Counted from the stretch's first letter, positions 29,488-38,724 are shown. The stretch: 64,000 nucleotides of DNA from a virus (IMGVR_UViG_3300021085_002857:1-64000), one strand, 5' to 3'. A program made the numbers and translations. The notes: generated by a model not told the origin, from the letters alone.

Positions 29488-29503
29488 GATAAATATATTT
29501 ATA
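29488..29503. promoter_or_regulatory. back-to-back T4-type late-promoter-like sites between divergent operons
   Basis: 14-bp palindrome ATAAATATATTTAT 29489-29502; TATAAATA on minus (29496-29503), GATAAATA on plus (29488-29495). Confidence 0.6.
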
Positions 29504-29522
29504 CATATTTAATGGAGCAGAA

Positions 29523-30359
29523 ATGACTAGAATTGCACTAGACACCAATGCCGCTCAAGAATTTACTGTACATGTTTTTGATGCAAATGATATCAATAGT
29601 ATAACACAATCTGATGAAATATACAAGTGTTTTGAGAGCGGATGGCCAGTAGTTATTAAAAATTTAACTATACCTAATTTAGACTATGATTATTACGACA
29701 ATTTACCAGACTGGACTATTAAGGATAATAAATGGATTATGCCTTGGTACAATAGCCATATTAAAAAACGTGATAGGCTACGTGAGGAACGTGGCTGGAG
29801 TGAAGATAAAATAGACAAATTTCATAAAAAACATAAACAGTCTAATAATGGCTGGAACGAAATATTCGATATGATATTCCCCAAATATAATACAAGTGAA
29901 CGTATGCTTAGTCATAGATACAATACATTGGTAGAAAACAAACTACATTTGGATGAACTAGACGAACAACACACTGGCGCAGAACAACAAATACGTATGT
30001 TTGTTAATTTGGATAAAAAACGCCCACGTGTATTAACATTTGGTCCAGACTTAGAACAAATGTGGTACAAGTATAAGGACGAGTTTAATCTACAAGAACT
30101 TGATAAAAATAACATACATACATTTATTACTGAAATGAGAAATCGTTGTGTATGGAATGATAAAATGTGGGATCAGTTTCACCATCCATTACACTATATT
30201 ACTTTTGATCCAGGTGACATTTGGTTTTTCAATGCACAGTGGATAACACATCAGATTGTTTTTGGTACAAAATTACAATGCTTTGAAGCAGACATAATGG
30301 ATAGTAGTTTAATATATCCAGACCTATGTATGAAAGAAAGAATTGCAAATTTAAAATGA
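29523..30359 (+). CDS. Kdo-hydroxylase (KdoO)-like Fe(II)-dependent oxygenase
   Basis: LHLD...IRMFVNL...PRV...FxPGDIWF...TH pattern resembles the KdoO family. Confidence 0.6.
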   Translation: MTRIALDTNAAQEFTVHVFDANDINSITQSDEIYKCFESGWPVVIKNLTIPNLDYDYYDNLPDWTIKDNKWIMPWYNSHIKKRDRLREERGWSEDKIDKFHKKHKQSNNGWNEIFDMIFPKYNTSERMLSHRYNTLVENKLHLDELDEQHTGAEQQIRMFVNLDKKRPRVLTFGPDLEQMWYKYKDEFNLQELDKNNIHTFITEMRNRCVWNDKMWDQFHHPLHYITFDPGDIWFFNAQWITHQIVFGTKLQCFEADIMDSSLIYPDLCMKERIANLK

Positions 30360-31402
30360 AGTTAACTACAGAGCCTTTTGAGTATCGATTACAGGAAAAT
30401 AAACTTCCAGATAATTTTTCCGATCAATATATTAATGACTATCCTGGAGAATATATTAAAGAATATTGTAGTAATCCTGAATGTAGTGAATATGAAGCGG
30501 CATTAGATGGTACGTTTAGTGCGCCTTTGGATCAAGGAAAAGATCCAATTCTTACAGAATATGTTGAGCAAAATATTATTCCTGAAATTATAAATGCAGC
30601 ATTTGGCGAAGATAAAAAATACGATCACTTTTATGTAAACTGCCATTACGATATGCCAGGTAGTAGTTTGGGCATACATAACGATTTAAAAGACTTTCGT
30701 TGGTTAATAACAAATCAAATCTATATGGACGAAAGTGATCAAGGTGTAAGATTGCTTAACAGAGATGCAAGTCCAAACAAAAGGGTACCATGCAATCCTA
30801 ATTTATTTTACAGCCTTGAAGCTACACCTTATAGCTGGCATGATGTGCCAGATCTGCATAGTGAAAAGCGTAGTATTTTATTTAGAGTAGGTAAGCGCAA
30901 ACATAAGACAGTAGCTCAGCCTAGTTCTAAGAGCGATACAGCGTATGTTATTTTCAATGGACATCACAGGGATAGTCATTATGCAAAGCTAGGATTGCGT
31001 ATGGGTAATTTGACTGAAAGTTGGATTGCAAATATGGGAGCAAAAAATATATATCATATTAGGTGGAGAGATCCTAGTACCATAAGACCAGTTCTCAACT
31101 TTGCCGTACAAAATCATAGTCGTGTGGTTGTAATGTTAAGTGGATATTTTCCTGCAGATTTAGATGACAGAAATGATGTGTGCCAAGATTATACTGGACA
31201 ATATACATTAGAACCAAATAAAAATGTAGAGCATTATCATTTAATTACAGATGATAATATAAAAGATGTAGCTGATGCAGTGTTTTGCAAAGATACATAT
31301 TCTGCTATTACAGAAGCAGAATCTGTTTTGTGGGATTATACACAAAACAAAAACTACTTAAATTACAAAAATATTAGATTACGTTGGAACCCTGAAGATT
31401 AA
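30356..31402 (+). CDS. 2OG-Fe(II) oxygenase domain fused to an unknown C-terminal domain
   Basis: LGIHND...SWHxV...KRSI facial triad plus Arg; about 160-aa tail unassigned; start at ATG 30356. Confidence 0.7.
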   Translation: MKLTTEPFEYRLQENKLPDNFSDQYINDYPGEYIKEYCSNPECSEYEAALDGTFSAPLDQGKDPILTEYVEQNIIPEIINAAFGEDKKYDHFYVNCHYDMPGSSLGIHNDLKDFRWLITNQIYMDESDQGVRLLNRDASPNKRVPCNPNLFYSLEATPYSWHDVPDLHSEKRSILFRVGKRKHKTVAQPSSKSDTAYVIFNGHHRDSHYAKLGLRMGNLTESWIANMGAKNIYHIRWRDPSTIRPVLNFAVQNHSRVVVMLSGYFPADLDDRNDVCQDYTGQYTLEPNKNVEHYHLITDDNIKDVADAVFCKDTYSAITEAESVLWDYTQNKNYLNYKNIRLRWNPED

Positions 31403-32652
31403 AGTTCATCTTTTATGCGTTTAAATTCTGGTGCCACTGTCATTACATCATGCATACGAAACTTATCATAGTTTTCAGTTATATCTACATATTGTTTCAT
31501 TATTGCTGGATTATATTGGTGTTCTGGATCTTTACCAAAATTAATAATTTCCATTAAAGGTTCCTCATAGTCTTCAAAATGTGGACTATTGCCTATACTG
31601 GATAAAAATTCTAGTATTTGTTTTTCCTGTTCATCTTTAAGCCATTGTGGTGCATGTGCCATACTATAATAGTGTGGCTCAATAAGTTGGTTACTACTCA
31701 TACCAATACCTCTATCGCTAGTCATTTGGTAGTCATGCATAAAGCGCCAAAAGTCTGCAATATGCAATGCATTTGTCATTTGATTGACTGTGGTAACTCG
31801 TACTTTAATACGTTTACCTTCTTTAGTATTGCTATATTTGACTAGTTTATCAAAGTTTTTCCAGACAGAAGGCCACTTGGAAGGTGGACGCAAATAGTCG
31901 TTCATATCGCCCATACCTTCCAAGGAGCAGTTTACAATCACTTTTTCGAACTTCCCTAATTGTTCTAACCATCTGTCTTGCATATTAGTAATATTGGTAT
32001 AGAAACTAAGTTCGATATGACTGGCGTGTCCGGATTCTACTGCGAGGTCTAGCAAGGTAAACATGTCCTTGGCAACCGTAGGTTCCCCGCCTATTAGTTT
32101 GATTTTACGAGCTTTCCCAATCATTTCCTCAAAGCTCGCCCAGTCTATTCCAGGTTGAAGAAGAGCCTGCTTCTTGTTTGCAATCATGCCATGCCAATCG
32201 GGATGGTCTGCCCCGAGTCCGCTTTCAACCATTTGTGCTCGCTCGACACTTACTAAGTGTGAAGCCTCTTTATTGCACATCTGACATTGTAAATTGCATA
32301 AATTACCAAGCCTGAAATCAAATTGTAAAGGTTGTTCTACCTCCCAATCGTTGACGGAAGCGTCAGCAACCACTTCGTCAATTACGTCTTCCCACACCTC
32401 ATTTTCCCATTGGCGTGAGCTAACTATATTATTTCTTTCTAGATGTTCACATTCTACACATTCAGGAAGCCACTCCCCTTCTGCCATGCGTCTACGTACA
32501 TCTTTTATGTAGTCGTGATTCCATGTACCCTGGATCCCAAGTTTTTCTTGATCCACAAGTTCTTCTGGCTCCTTTGCCATACAGCAAAGCCTATATCGAC
32601 CTCCATTATATGTACTATATTGTACAAATGGTAAAGCACAAAATCCGCTCAT
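31399..32652 (-). CDS. N-terminal-twitch radical SAM protein
   Basis: FCALPF, RLCC, CVEC, CNLQCQMC, GGEP, YTN, CSLEG, DYLRPP. Confidence 0.92.
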   Translation of the reverse strand: MSGFCALPFVQYSTYNGGRYRLCCMAKEPEELVDQEKLGIQGTWNHDYIKDVRRRMAEGEWLPECVECEHLERNNIVSSRQWENEVWEDVIDEVVADASVNDWEVEQPLQFDFRLGNLCNLQCQMCNKEASHLVSVERAQMVESGLGADHPDWHGMIANKKQALLQPGIDWASFEEMIGKARKIKLIGGEPTVAKDMFTLLDLAVESGHASHIELSFYTNITNMQDRWLEQLGKFEKVIVNCSLEGMGDMNDYLRPPSKWPSVWKNFDKLVKYSNTKEGKRIKVRVTTVNQMTNALHIADFWRFMHDYQMTSDRGIGMSSNQLIEPHYYSMAHAPQWLKDEQEKQILEFLSSIGNSPHFEDYEEPLMEIINFGKDPEHQYNPAIMKQYVDITENYDKFRMHDVMTVAPEFKRIKDEL

Positions 32653-33764
32653 AATAGTTCTCTTATATCTTGATTAAAGTAATTGTCTATTACTTTTTCT
32701 TTGTTTATAATTTGTTCATCAGTATATGTTTTCTCTGATTCCTGTTCTAATGTATTTAACAATCTTTTTCTAAACGTTTCATATATATCTAAGTTCTTAA
32801 TATATTCTTTAGCCAGTTCTTTATCTTTTGGATCCATATTTGCAATACACATATGAAAAGGACGTCTGGCAATATCCATACTATACCCAGTACCTTTGCT
32901 TTCAATATAGTCTAATAAAGGCTGTAAATTAAAAATGTTAAATCTACTTACAACAAAATGTACACGCATTGTTATGGGGAAACCTGTATCTTTTAAGTTT
33001 AAATAAAAATTAAAAGTGTTATCTATGTCTTTCCATTTATACGGTCCAGGTCTTAGTGTTTCGTTTAATTTACCATACCCATCTATACTTAATACTATTG
33101 TAAGTGCTTTAAGTTTTTTCCACGTTTCTAGTACCTTTTTGCTAGGCAATATAGTTGCATTTGTATGATAGTCAATTTGTACTTTATTAATATTACTACT
33201 CTGGCTTGCTAATTTTTTAATAAACTCGTCGTGTTGTTTTGCAAGTAAAGGTTCCCCTCCTACTAATTTTACACGTTCAATACTAGATAAATCTGTATCA
33301 AACCAGTCTATACTAAAGTCTAGATCCTCTGTAACATCTTCTGTAAGGGGGGTGTTGGTGTGTCTTTTTATAGCAAGCCATTTGCTACTATAGCCTTCAT
33401 TACACATTCTACAAGCAAGATTACAATGATGGCTAAATGCCATCTCTAAAAATTTTAGTTTAGGGGGTTTTGTAAATGTGTTATCTTTTAGATAGGTGTT
33501 ATTAGCATCAGTACGCATACTCTTTCCTGATGTTTGTTCATCCTTAAAGCATCTAGAACAACCAGATGGTTGTTCATTATTTAAAAACTGCTGTCTAAGT
33601 TTACTATAATAATCGCCATGCGACCAGCCTTGTTTTAAGCCTTGTGCAACAGTGGGTAATTCGTTTGGTTTATTACTAAATCTACAACAGGGTTTTAGCT
33701 CTCCTGCTATATCAACAGCGGTATGCACCCAAGGAAATATACATAAATTCTTAGGTGCATCCAT
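32649..33764 (-). CDS. N-terminal-twitch radical SAM protein
   Basis: LCIFPW, KPCC, CSRC, CNLACRMC, GGEP, HTN, LSIDG. Confidence 0.92.
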   Translation of the reverse strand: MDAPKNLCIFPWVHTAVDIAGELKPCCRFSNKPNELPTVAQGLKQGWSHGDYYSKLRQQFLNNEQPSGCSRCFKDEQTSGKSMRTDANNTYLKDNTFTKPPKLKFLEMAFSHHCNLACRMCNEGYSSKWLAIKRHTNTPLTEDVTEDLDFSIDWFDTDLSSIERVKLVGGEPLLAKQHDEFIKKLASQSSNINKVQIDYHTNATILPSKKVLETWKKLKALTIVLSIDGYGKLNETLRPGPYKWKDIDNTFNFYLNLKDTGFPITMRVHFVVSRFNIFNLQPLLDYIESKGTGYSMDIARRPFHMCIANMDPKDKELAKEYIKNLDIYETFRKRLLNTLEQESEKTYTDEQIINKEKVIDNYFNQDIRELL

Positions 33765-33765
33765 A

Positions 33766-34314
33766 TTACATGTCTTTAAATAATTCTAAAAACAGATCAG
33801 CACCCTTGGCCTGATTTGCTTCCCATTCTTCTGCAGCATTTTCATCTGCAAAATCACTTGCATATTTTACAATACGAACTTTTTTATTAAAAACAGCAGC
33901 AACTTTTGCAATAGCATAACCTTCCATGTCAACTATATGACTATTTAATTCTGGTGGTGACATTACAAAATTATCTCCTGTAGATAACACCATATTATTT
34001 TCAGCAATTCGTAATGAAGCTTCAAATCCAGTATTCTCAAAAGGAGTTGTGCCAAGTTCTGCTTGTGGACGAGCATCCATATCTCTCTGTCGTACAATGC
34101 CTACATCATATATTTTACCCGCAAGCTCAGGTACAAGTGTACCTGCTGTACCATAATTAACAATTAATGAACAATCGTCCTGTGCTGCCGCTAGAGTTGC
34201 CATCATAGCTGCATTGACTTTGCCAACACCAGTATACCATACTTTAAATTTTTCAGGATTTAAACTACTGTGATCAGGTAGTTCGCCTTCCAATGCAACT
34301 AAGATATATATCAT
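33766..34314 (-). CDS. mtnN: 5'-methylthioadenosine/S-adenosylhomocysteine nucleosidase-like
   Basis: ALxxE, TGVGKVNAA, NYGTAG, TGDNF, VDMEG, SDFAD motifs. Confidence 0.85.
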   Translation of the reverse strand: MIYILVALEGELPDHSSLNPEKFKVWYTGVGKVNAAMMATLAAAQDDCSLIVNYGTAGTLVPELAGKIYDVGIVRQRDMDARPQAELGTTPFENTGFEASLRIAENNMVLSTGDNFVMSPPELNSHIVDMEGYAIAKVAAVFNKKVRIVKYASDFADENAAEEWEANQAKGADLFLELFKDM

Positions 34315-34730
34315 TATAGATCCTTTAACAATGCTTTTAGTTTTTTCTTTGACTTGCCTTTTACTTTGGCTTTTGAAATATCGTTATCTCCATCGCCCAC
34401 AACCACAATAGCAATCATGCCCATTGTTTTATGTGGTGAACACTGATACAAATATACGCCTGGTGTATCAAATGTCATTTCAACTTCTTTACCCAGTTTT
34501 GATTTACGTGGTGCATCCCATCCATCTGGTCCTGCAATAAATTCTACATTGTGACCTTTTGATGTTGGCAACCATGTGATTGTATCGCCTACATCAATAC
34601 GTGCAATATCTTCACTATATACCATCTTAGCACCATCATCACGCTTGTTTAGCATGTCAATAGTTAGATCTTCTGCATTTGCACTTGTTGCAAATAAAGC
34701 AAGTAAACTTGCGGTAATAATATTTTTCAT
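34314..34730 (-). CDS. pseudoazurin (type-1 blue copper protein) with signal peptide
   Basis: MLNK...GDTITW.PT.KGHNV, YQCSPHKTMGM (His, Cys, His, Met ligands); ANA signal cleavage site. Confidence 0.9.
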   Translation of the reverse strand: MKNIITASLLALFATSANAEDLTIDMLNKRDDGAKMVYSEDIARIDVGDTITWLPTSKGHNVEFIAGPDGWDAPRKSKLGKEVEMTFDTPGVYLYQCSPHKTMGMIAIVVVGDGDNDISKAKVKGKSKKKLKALLKDL

Positions 34731-36158
34731 TTATTCATCCTCTGGTTCATCTAATAAATAGGCCATCTCTGGAAAAGTGGCTCTAAAGTCAGTGCCTCTC
34801 TGGGCATCTAATTTCGTCAAATATTCTCTAAATTCAGGTAGTCTGCGTGTCCAGTCTTCGCTACGTGCAAAGCTAATCATTCCACGCAATCTTTTAATAC
34901 CATAGCTTGCATTTTCCCATTCGTCATATGTTACTTTGCCCTTGTGCCAACTAGGAACACCTAGTTCCCAATTTTCTTTCCACCACTCAATAAATTCTTC
35001 GTATTTGGCTTCACATTTGTCCATAAATTCATCTGGTAGTACTTTAACATTTAAGTGTCCTGGCCAATATACAAAGTGATAGTTGATACCACCTGCACCA
35101 AATGGCCACATATTTGTTTTGTGTAATCCACTCTCTGTTAGTTTCCATTTAAGGAAATCTGGAATATAGTAAATGTTAAGAGCGTTCACTGCACATGCAA
35201 TTGTAACTTCTACATTATTACTTGTTTGTGTATCTAGGCGTTTAAACATTTCCAATTGGTGATCCCATTGACTAGGGTATCTAATATAATCATTCATTGC
35301 ACCAATACTGTCAATACTGTAGTGGAAGCGTACCTTTTTAAAATGTTTCCATTGCTCTAACAATCTATCAGGTAACTCGATACCATTACTATTATATCGT
35401 ACTTCGATTTGATCTGCATATCCCATTTCAATAACTTTATCTAGGATTTCATAATGCTCGTCAATAACAGTTGATTCGCCACCAGCAAAATATAGTTGTT
35501 TAATGAATGGAATTTGTGCATAAAACTGTTCCCAAAACACTGGGTTATCTTTATGCCAGTTGTAACTTGCGCCAAATGTTTTGCCTTTATTTGCCCAAAC
35601 CATAGTTTCTTTAAGGCTCTCGTTAGAGATTTTAGGATATAATCCTTGCCAATCTTTTACCCAACCACTTGAATCGTGAGGAGAACACATTACGCATCCT
35701 AACTGACATTTTGTACCCATACGGATATCAATATATCTTAGTTTACTATTTGTGCTACCATCCTCATATGTTTCTTTTACAAGTTCATCAATATCAATAC
35801 CATCACGCATCCAATAGGCAGTTTCCCATTGGCGTTTACTCATGTGTCCTGCATCTTCTTCTTTATAACACTTTAGACAACTTGCTGGCTTTTGTCCTGC
35901 AAGCATCATTTTCCTTACACCTCGCATATATGTATTATTCCATGCGGTGCTTAAATCTGTAGTATTTAAATTGGCTGGCTTTCCGTCTTCTGTTTTAACG
36001 ATTCCAATTCTGCCGCCATGTTTCTTATCGTTGGTTGCTCCTACACTACTAGCATTTGCTGTACAGCATACTCGCATACTTCCGTCTGGTCTTGTGCTTA
36101 AATGTATCCAAGGCAAAATACAAAAGGTGTCACTGGGTAATTTTTGATCTTCTGACAT
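34731..36158 (-). CDS. N-terminal-twitch radical SAM protein
   Basis: FCILPW, RVCC, CLKC, CQLGCVMC, GGES, YNSN, YSID, DYIRYP. Confidence 0.92.
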   Translation of the reverse strand: MSEDQKLPSDTFCILPWIHLSTRPDGSMRVCCTANASSVGATNDKKHGGRIGIVKTEDGKPANLNTTDLSTAWNNTYMRGVRKMMLAGQKPASCLKCYKEEDAGHMSKRQWETAYWMRDGIDIDELVKETYEDGSTNSKLRYIDIRMGTKCQLGCVMCSPHDSSGWVKDWQGLYPKISNESLKETMVWANKGKTFGASYNWHKDNPVFWEQFYAQIPFIKQLYFAGGESTVIDEHYEILDKVIEMGYADQIEVRYNSNGIELPDRLLEQWKHFKKVRFHYSIDSIGAMNDYIRYPSQWDHQLEMFKRLDTQTSNNVEVTIACAVNALNIYYIPDFLKWKLTESGLHKTNMWPFGAGGINYHFVYWPGHLNVKVLPDEFMDKCEAKYEEFIEWWKENWELGVPSWHKGKVTYDEWENASYGIKRLRGMISFARSEDWTRRLPEFREYLTKLDAQRGTDFRATFPEMAYLLDEPEDE

Positions 36159-36166
36159 TAATTTTC

Positions 36167-36856
36167 CTATGTTTGATGTTTGACAAACTCATATGTAGTA
36201 TTAGATTCTCCAGGAATTTTTACTACGGATGTATATACATCTGGTTGTCTATTGTCAACGTATTTAGCCGCTTTTTTATCAAAGCCTGGTAAAGTACTAA
36301 AAGAAGTTTTAGGATCATACTTTTGCCAATCCATATTTTTACGCATTGCAAAGTCTGTTATTTTAGAACTTTCCTGCCATAGTAGTTCCCACATTCTATC
36401 GTAGTTTTTATAGCCTGGTCTGTAATCAGGATAGTGTAGTTCATCAAAACACATAACTTCGCTCCACCAAGCAAAACTTTTTTGTGGTTCCCTATATACT
36501 AGGAATATATAATCACCAGGAAAGTGATTATAGATATAGTCTAGATTAAAATTACGGGCAAAGAAATGACTTTTAATAATACGATATCCATCACCTGAGA
36601 ATACATTGTTGATGTCATCAGTTAATTTATGAGGTTCAACAAAGTTAAAATCTGTCCAATCCTCACCACAGCCCATACCAGGTCCCCAATAACTTCCTCG
36701 ATGACCGTTGTTGTCATCCTCTTTAGTTCTTGGTCTATGATATTGTGTTCTGTTTGGAGTTTCGTCTGAGCGGTCTGCTGGAAGTAGATGTCGCATTACA
36801 ATATCTATGCCGCTCCATTTACTTCCAGGAATTCCGCAAAACCATATGTTGTTCAT
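36167..36856 (-). CDS. sulfotransferase-like P-loop protein
   Basis: N-terminal GIPGSKWS loop, IIKSH, LVYREP resemble PAPS-binding motifs. Confidence 0.5.
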   Translation of the reverse strand: MNNIWFCGIPGSKWSGIDIVMRHLLPADRSDETPNRTQYHRPRTKEDDNNGHRGSYWGPGMGCGEDWTDFNFVEPHKLTDDINNVFSGDGYRIIKSHFFARNFNLDYIYNHFPGDYIFLVYREPQKSFAWWSEVMCFDELHYPDYRPGYKNYDRMWELLWQESSKITDFAMRKNMDWQKYDPKTSFSTLPGFDKKAAKYVDNRQPDVYTSVVKIPGESNTTYEFVKHQT

Positions 36857-36862
36857 ATTTTC

Positions 36863-37150
36863 CTACTTAAAATATTTTCCAAGGTAGTCGCCTACACCTG
36901 ATATTACGTCTTCTTTAATTGATTCAAAGTCAAGTTTGACTGAAACGTCAATCATATCTTCTCGATGCAATCCACCAAGCGCATCATGTTGTCCTCCGTC
37001 TATCATCATTAGATCATCTCTATAGAGTGTCATTTGTGTGTTGTCGGCTAACGTGATAGTGACCTCTATGATATAATCAGCAGGTATGGTATCCATACTT
37101 ACCTGATCAAAGATAAGATCAAAAGAACGGTCCTTGCGCTCAATAGGCAT
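36863..37150 (-). CDS. hypothetical protein
   Basis: 95 aa, AAGGA RBS, TAAATA at 37177-37182 upstream. Confidence 0.7.
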   Translation of the reverse strand: MPIERKDRSFDLIFDQVSMDTIPADYIIEVTITLADNTQMTLYRDDLMMIDGGQHDALGGLHREDMIDVSVKLDFESIKEDVISGVGDYLGKYFK

Positions 37151-37188
37151 TATAAAATTTCCTTGTACTGTGTTACTATTTACTATTT

Positions 37189-38031
37189 TTAGGTACCCGG
37201 TAAGTACCCAGTTAAACTGAGAGAAACTTTTACACTCATGCCAGCATTTGTACTACAATGATATACATGCTCAGGTAACTCATAAACATCACCACTTTTC
37301 CACCTAGGATAAAATGTGTTTGCCATTTGTAACATATGTCCCCAATGCCAATCTGTAATAAACACTAAGTATCTAACGATCTTACCGCCATCACATCTAC
37401 GTGTTTCTGCATTTGGATTCAAATGTTCATTTAGTCTGTACCAGTTTCCCATAAAGTCAAAGTGAAAAGGTAATGTCTGTCCAGGCAAATATGCCAATAA
37501 GCGTGGTAAGCATGTTTCCATATCCATACCCAATTCATCAAACATTTCTTGACCAATCATTTGCTTAATCTGGTTACTTGTGTCTCCATACAGACCCCAA
37601 TTATATTCACAATTGTTAGCCCAATTATATCCACATTTCATTGGCAAGTTTAATGTAAGCTCGTTAACGCCTGCATGATATGGTCTTTTTTCAGTAAATT
37701 TCTTCTGACATGTTGCTTCATTATCCAACATATACTGAATCCATTTATCTTTATTGTCCGATACCTGGCTGAAGTTTCCAATGTAATCTTGTGCAGGGTC
37801 ACGTTCTGTAGTTAAATCAGCACCCGTTTCTTCACAAAATTTAATCCATTCTTTGTCAGGTCTATCACGAAGAAAGTCAAATAGCGTTACTTCTGGGTAT
37901 CTCGCCATCTCACTATTCTTCATGTAATAGTTAATATCTTCTGGAACAGTTCCGTAATCACCCAATACTACTTTAAATTCTGTATTACCTGATTCCGACC
38001 ATTCTTCTCCTTTATTATTTTCTTCTGTCAT
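37189..38031 (-). CDS. cupin / Fe(II)-2OG oxygenase-like protein
   Basis: YLPGQTLPFHFD ... WKSGDVY ... HCSTNAG (HxD...H). Confidence 0.6.
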   Translation of the reverse strand: MTEENNKGEEWSESGNTEFKVVLGDYGTVPEDINYYMKNSEMARYPEVTLFDFLRDRPDKEWIKFCEETGADLTTERDPAQDYIGNFSQVSDNKDKWIQYMLDNEATCQKKFTEKRPYHAGVNELTLNLPMKCGYNWANNCEYNWGLYGDTSNQIKQMIGQEMFDELGMDMETCLPRLLAYLPGQTLPFHFDFMGNWYRLNEHLNPNAETRRCDGGKIVRYLVFITDWHWGHMLQMANTFYPRWKSGDVYELPEHVYHCSTNAGMSVKVSLSLTGYLPGT

Positions 38032-38049
38032 TTTAAATTGCTTCCAATA

Positions 38050-38724
38050 TTATGCGGTTACCTTTGCAACCGCCGCGGCTGCTGCCGCTTCAGCTTCAAG
38101 CTGAGCTTTTGATTTTCTGCCCCTCTTGGGCTTTAAATCAGGATTCAATTCATATGCTTGTTGGCGTAATCTTTCTGCTTCGGCTGCAAATTGATCTGCT
38201 TGTGCAATCAAAGTTTGTGCCATATCAACATCATCGATTTCAACTGGGCCTGGATCTGGATTAGCTACACTAGGCATTTCTGGTGCAGTTGATTCAGTTA
38301 GAGTTTCAGACTCTTGGCCTGCCATTCCCAATTGATCTTCTGGAGGAGATACCACTGGCTCACCATCTGTTTGCTCTCTAATAATACTGTTAAGTTCATC
38401 TAAAGATATTTGAACTGTATTATTAGGAGTCATTACAACATTACTTGTTTTTTGGTGTTGCAAACGATTAGTTTGGTGTAGAGTTTGTAGCATATTAGTA
38501 CCGTCTGTAAAAACAGTTCTTTCTGCATACTCATAGAAATTTGCACATGCTTGAGCACCTGGTGATTCAACTGCTGTAATAATGTTATCATGCATCCAGT
38601 CTGGAAGTGCATCTGTATCTACTACTAAGCAATGATCGGCATCATCTGGTAGTTCGCGGAATACCACGACTACTTTTTTTTGTGTATTGACTAATTGTCC
38701 TACATGTTTTATATTTCTACTCAT
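38050..38724 (-). CDS. conserved-type phage hypothetical protein with low-complexity tail
   Basis: IKHVG..VVVFRELP N-terminus, KPKRGRK and Ala-rich end. Confidence 0.75.
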   Translation of the reverse strand: MSRNIKHVGQLVNTQKKVVVVFRELPDDADHCLVVDTDALPDWMHDNIITAVESPGAQACANFYEYAERTVFTDGTNMLQTLHQTNRLQHQKTSNVVMTPNNTVQISLDELNSIIREQTDGEPVVSPPEDQLGMAGQESETLTESTAPEMPSVANPDPGPVEIDDVDMAQTLIAQADQFAAEAERLRQQAYELNPDLKPKRGRKSKAQLEAEAAAAAAVAKVTA

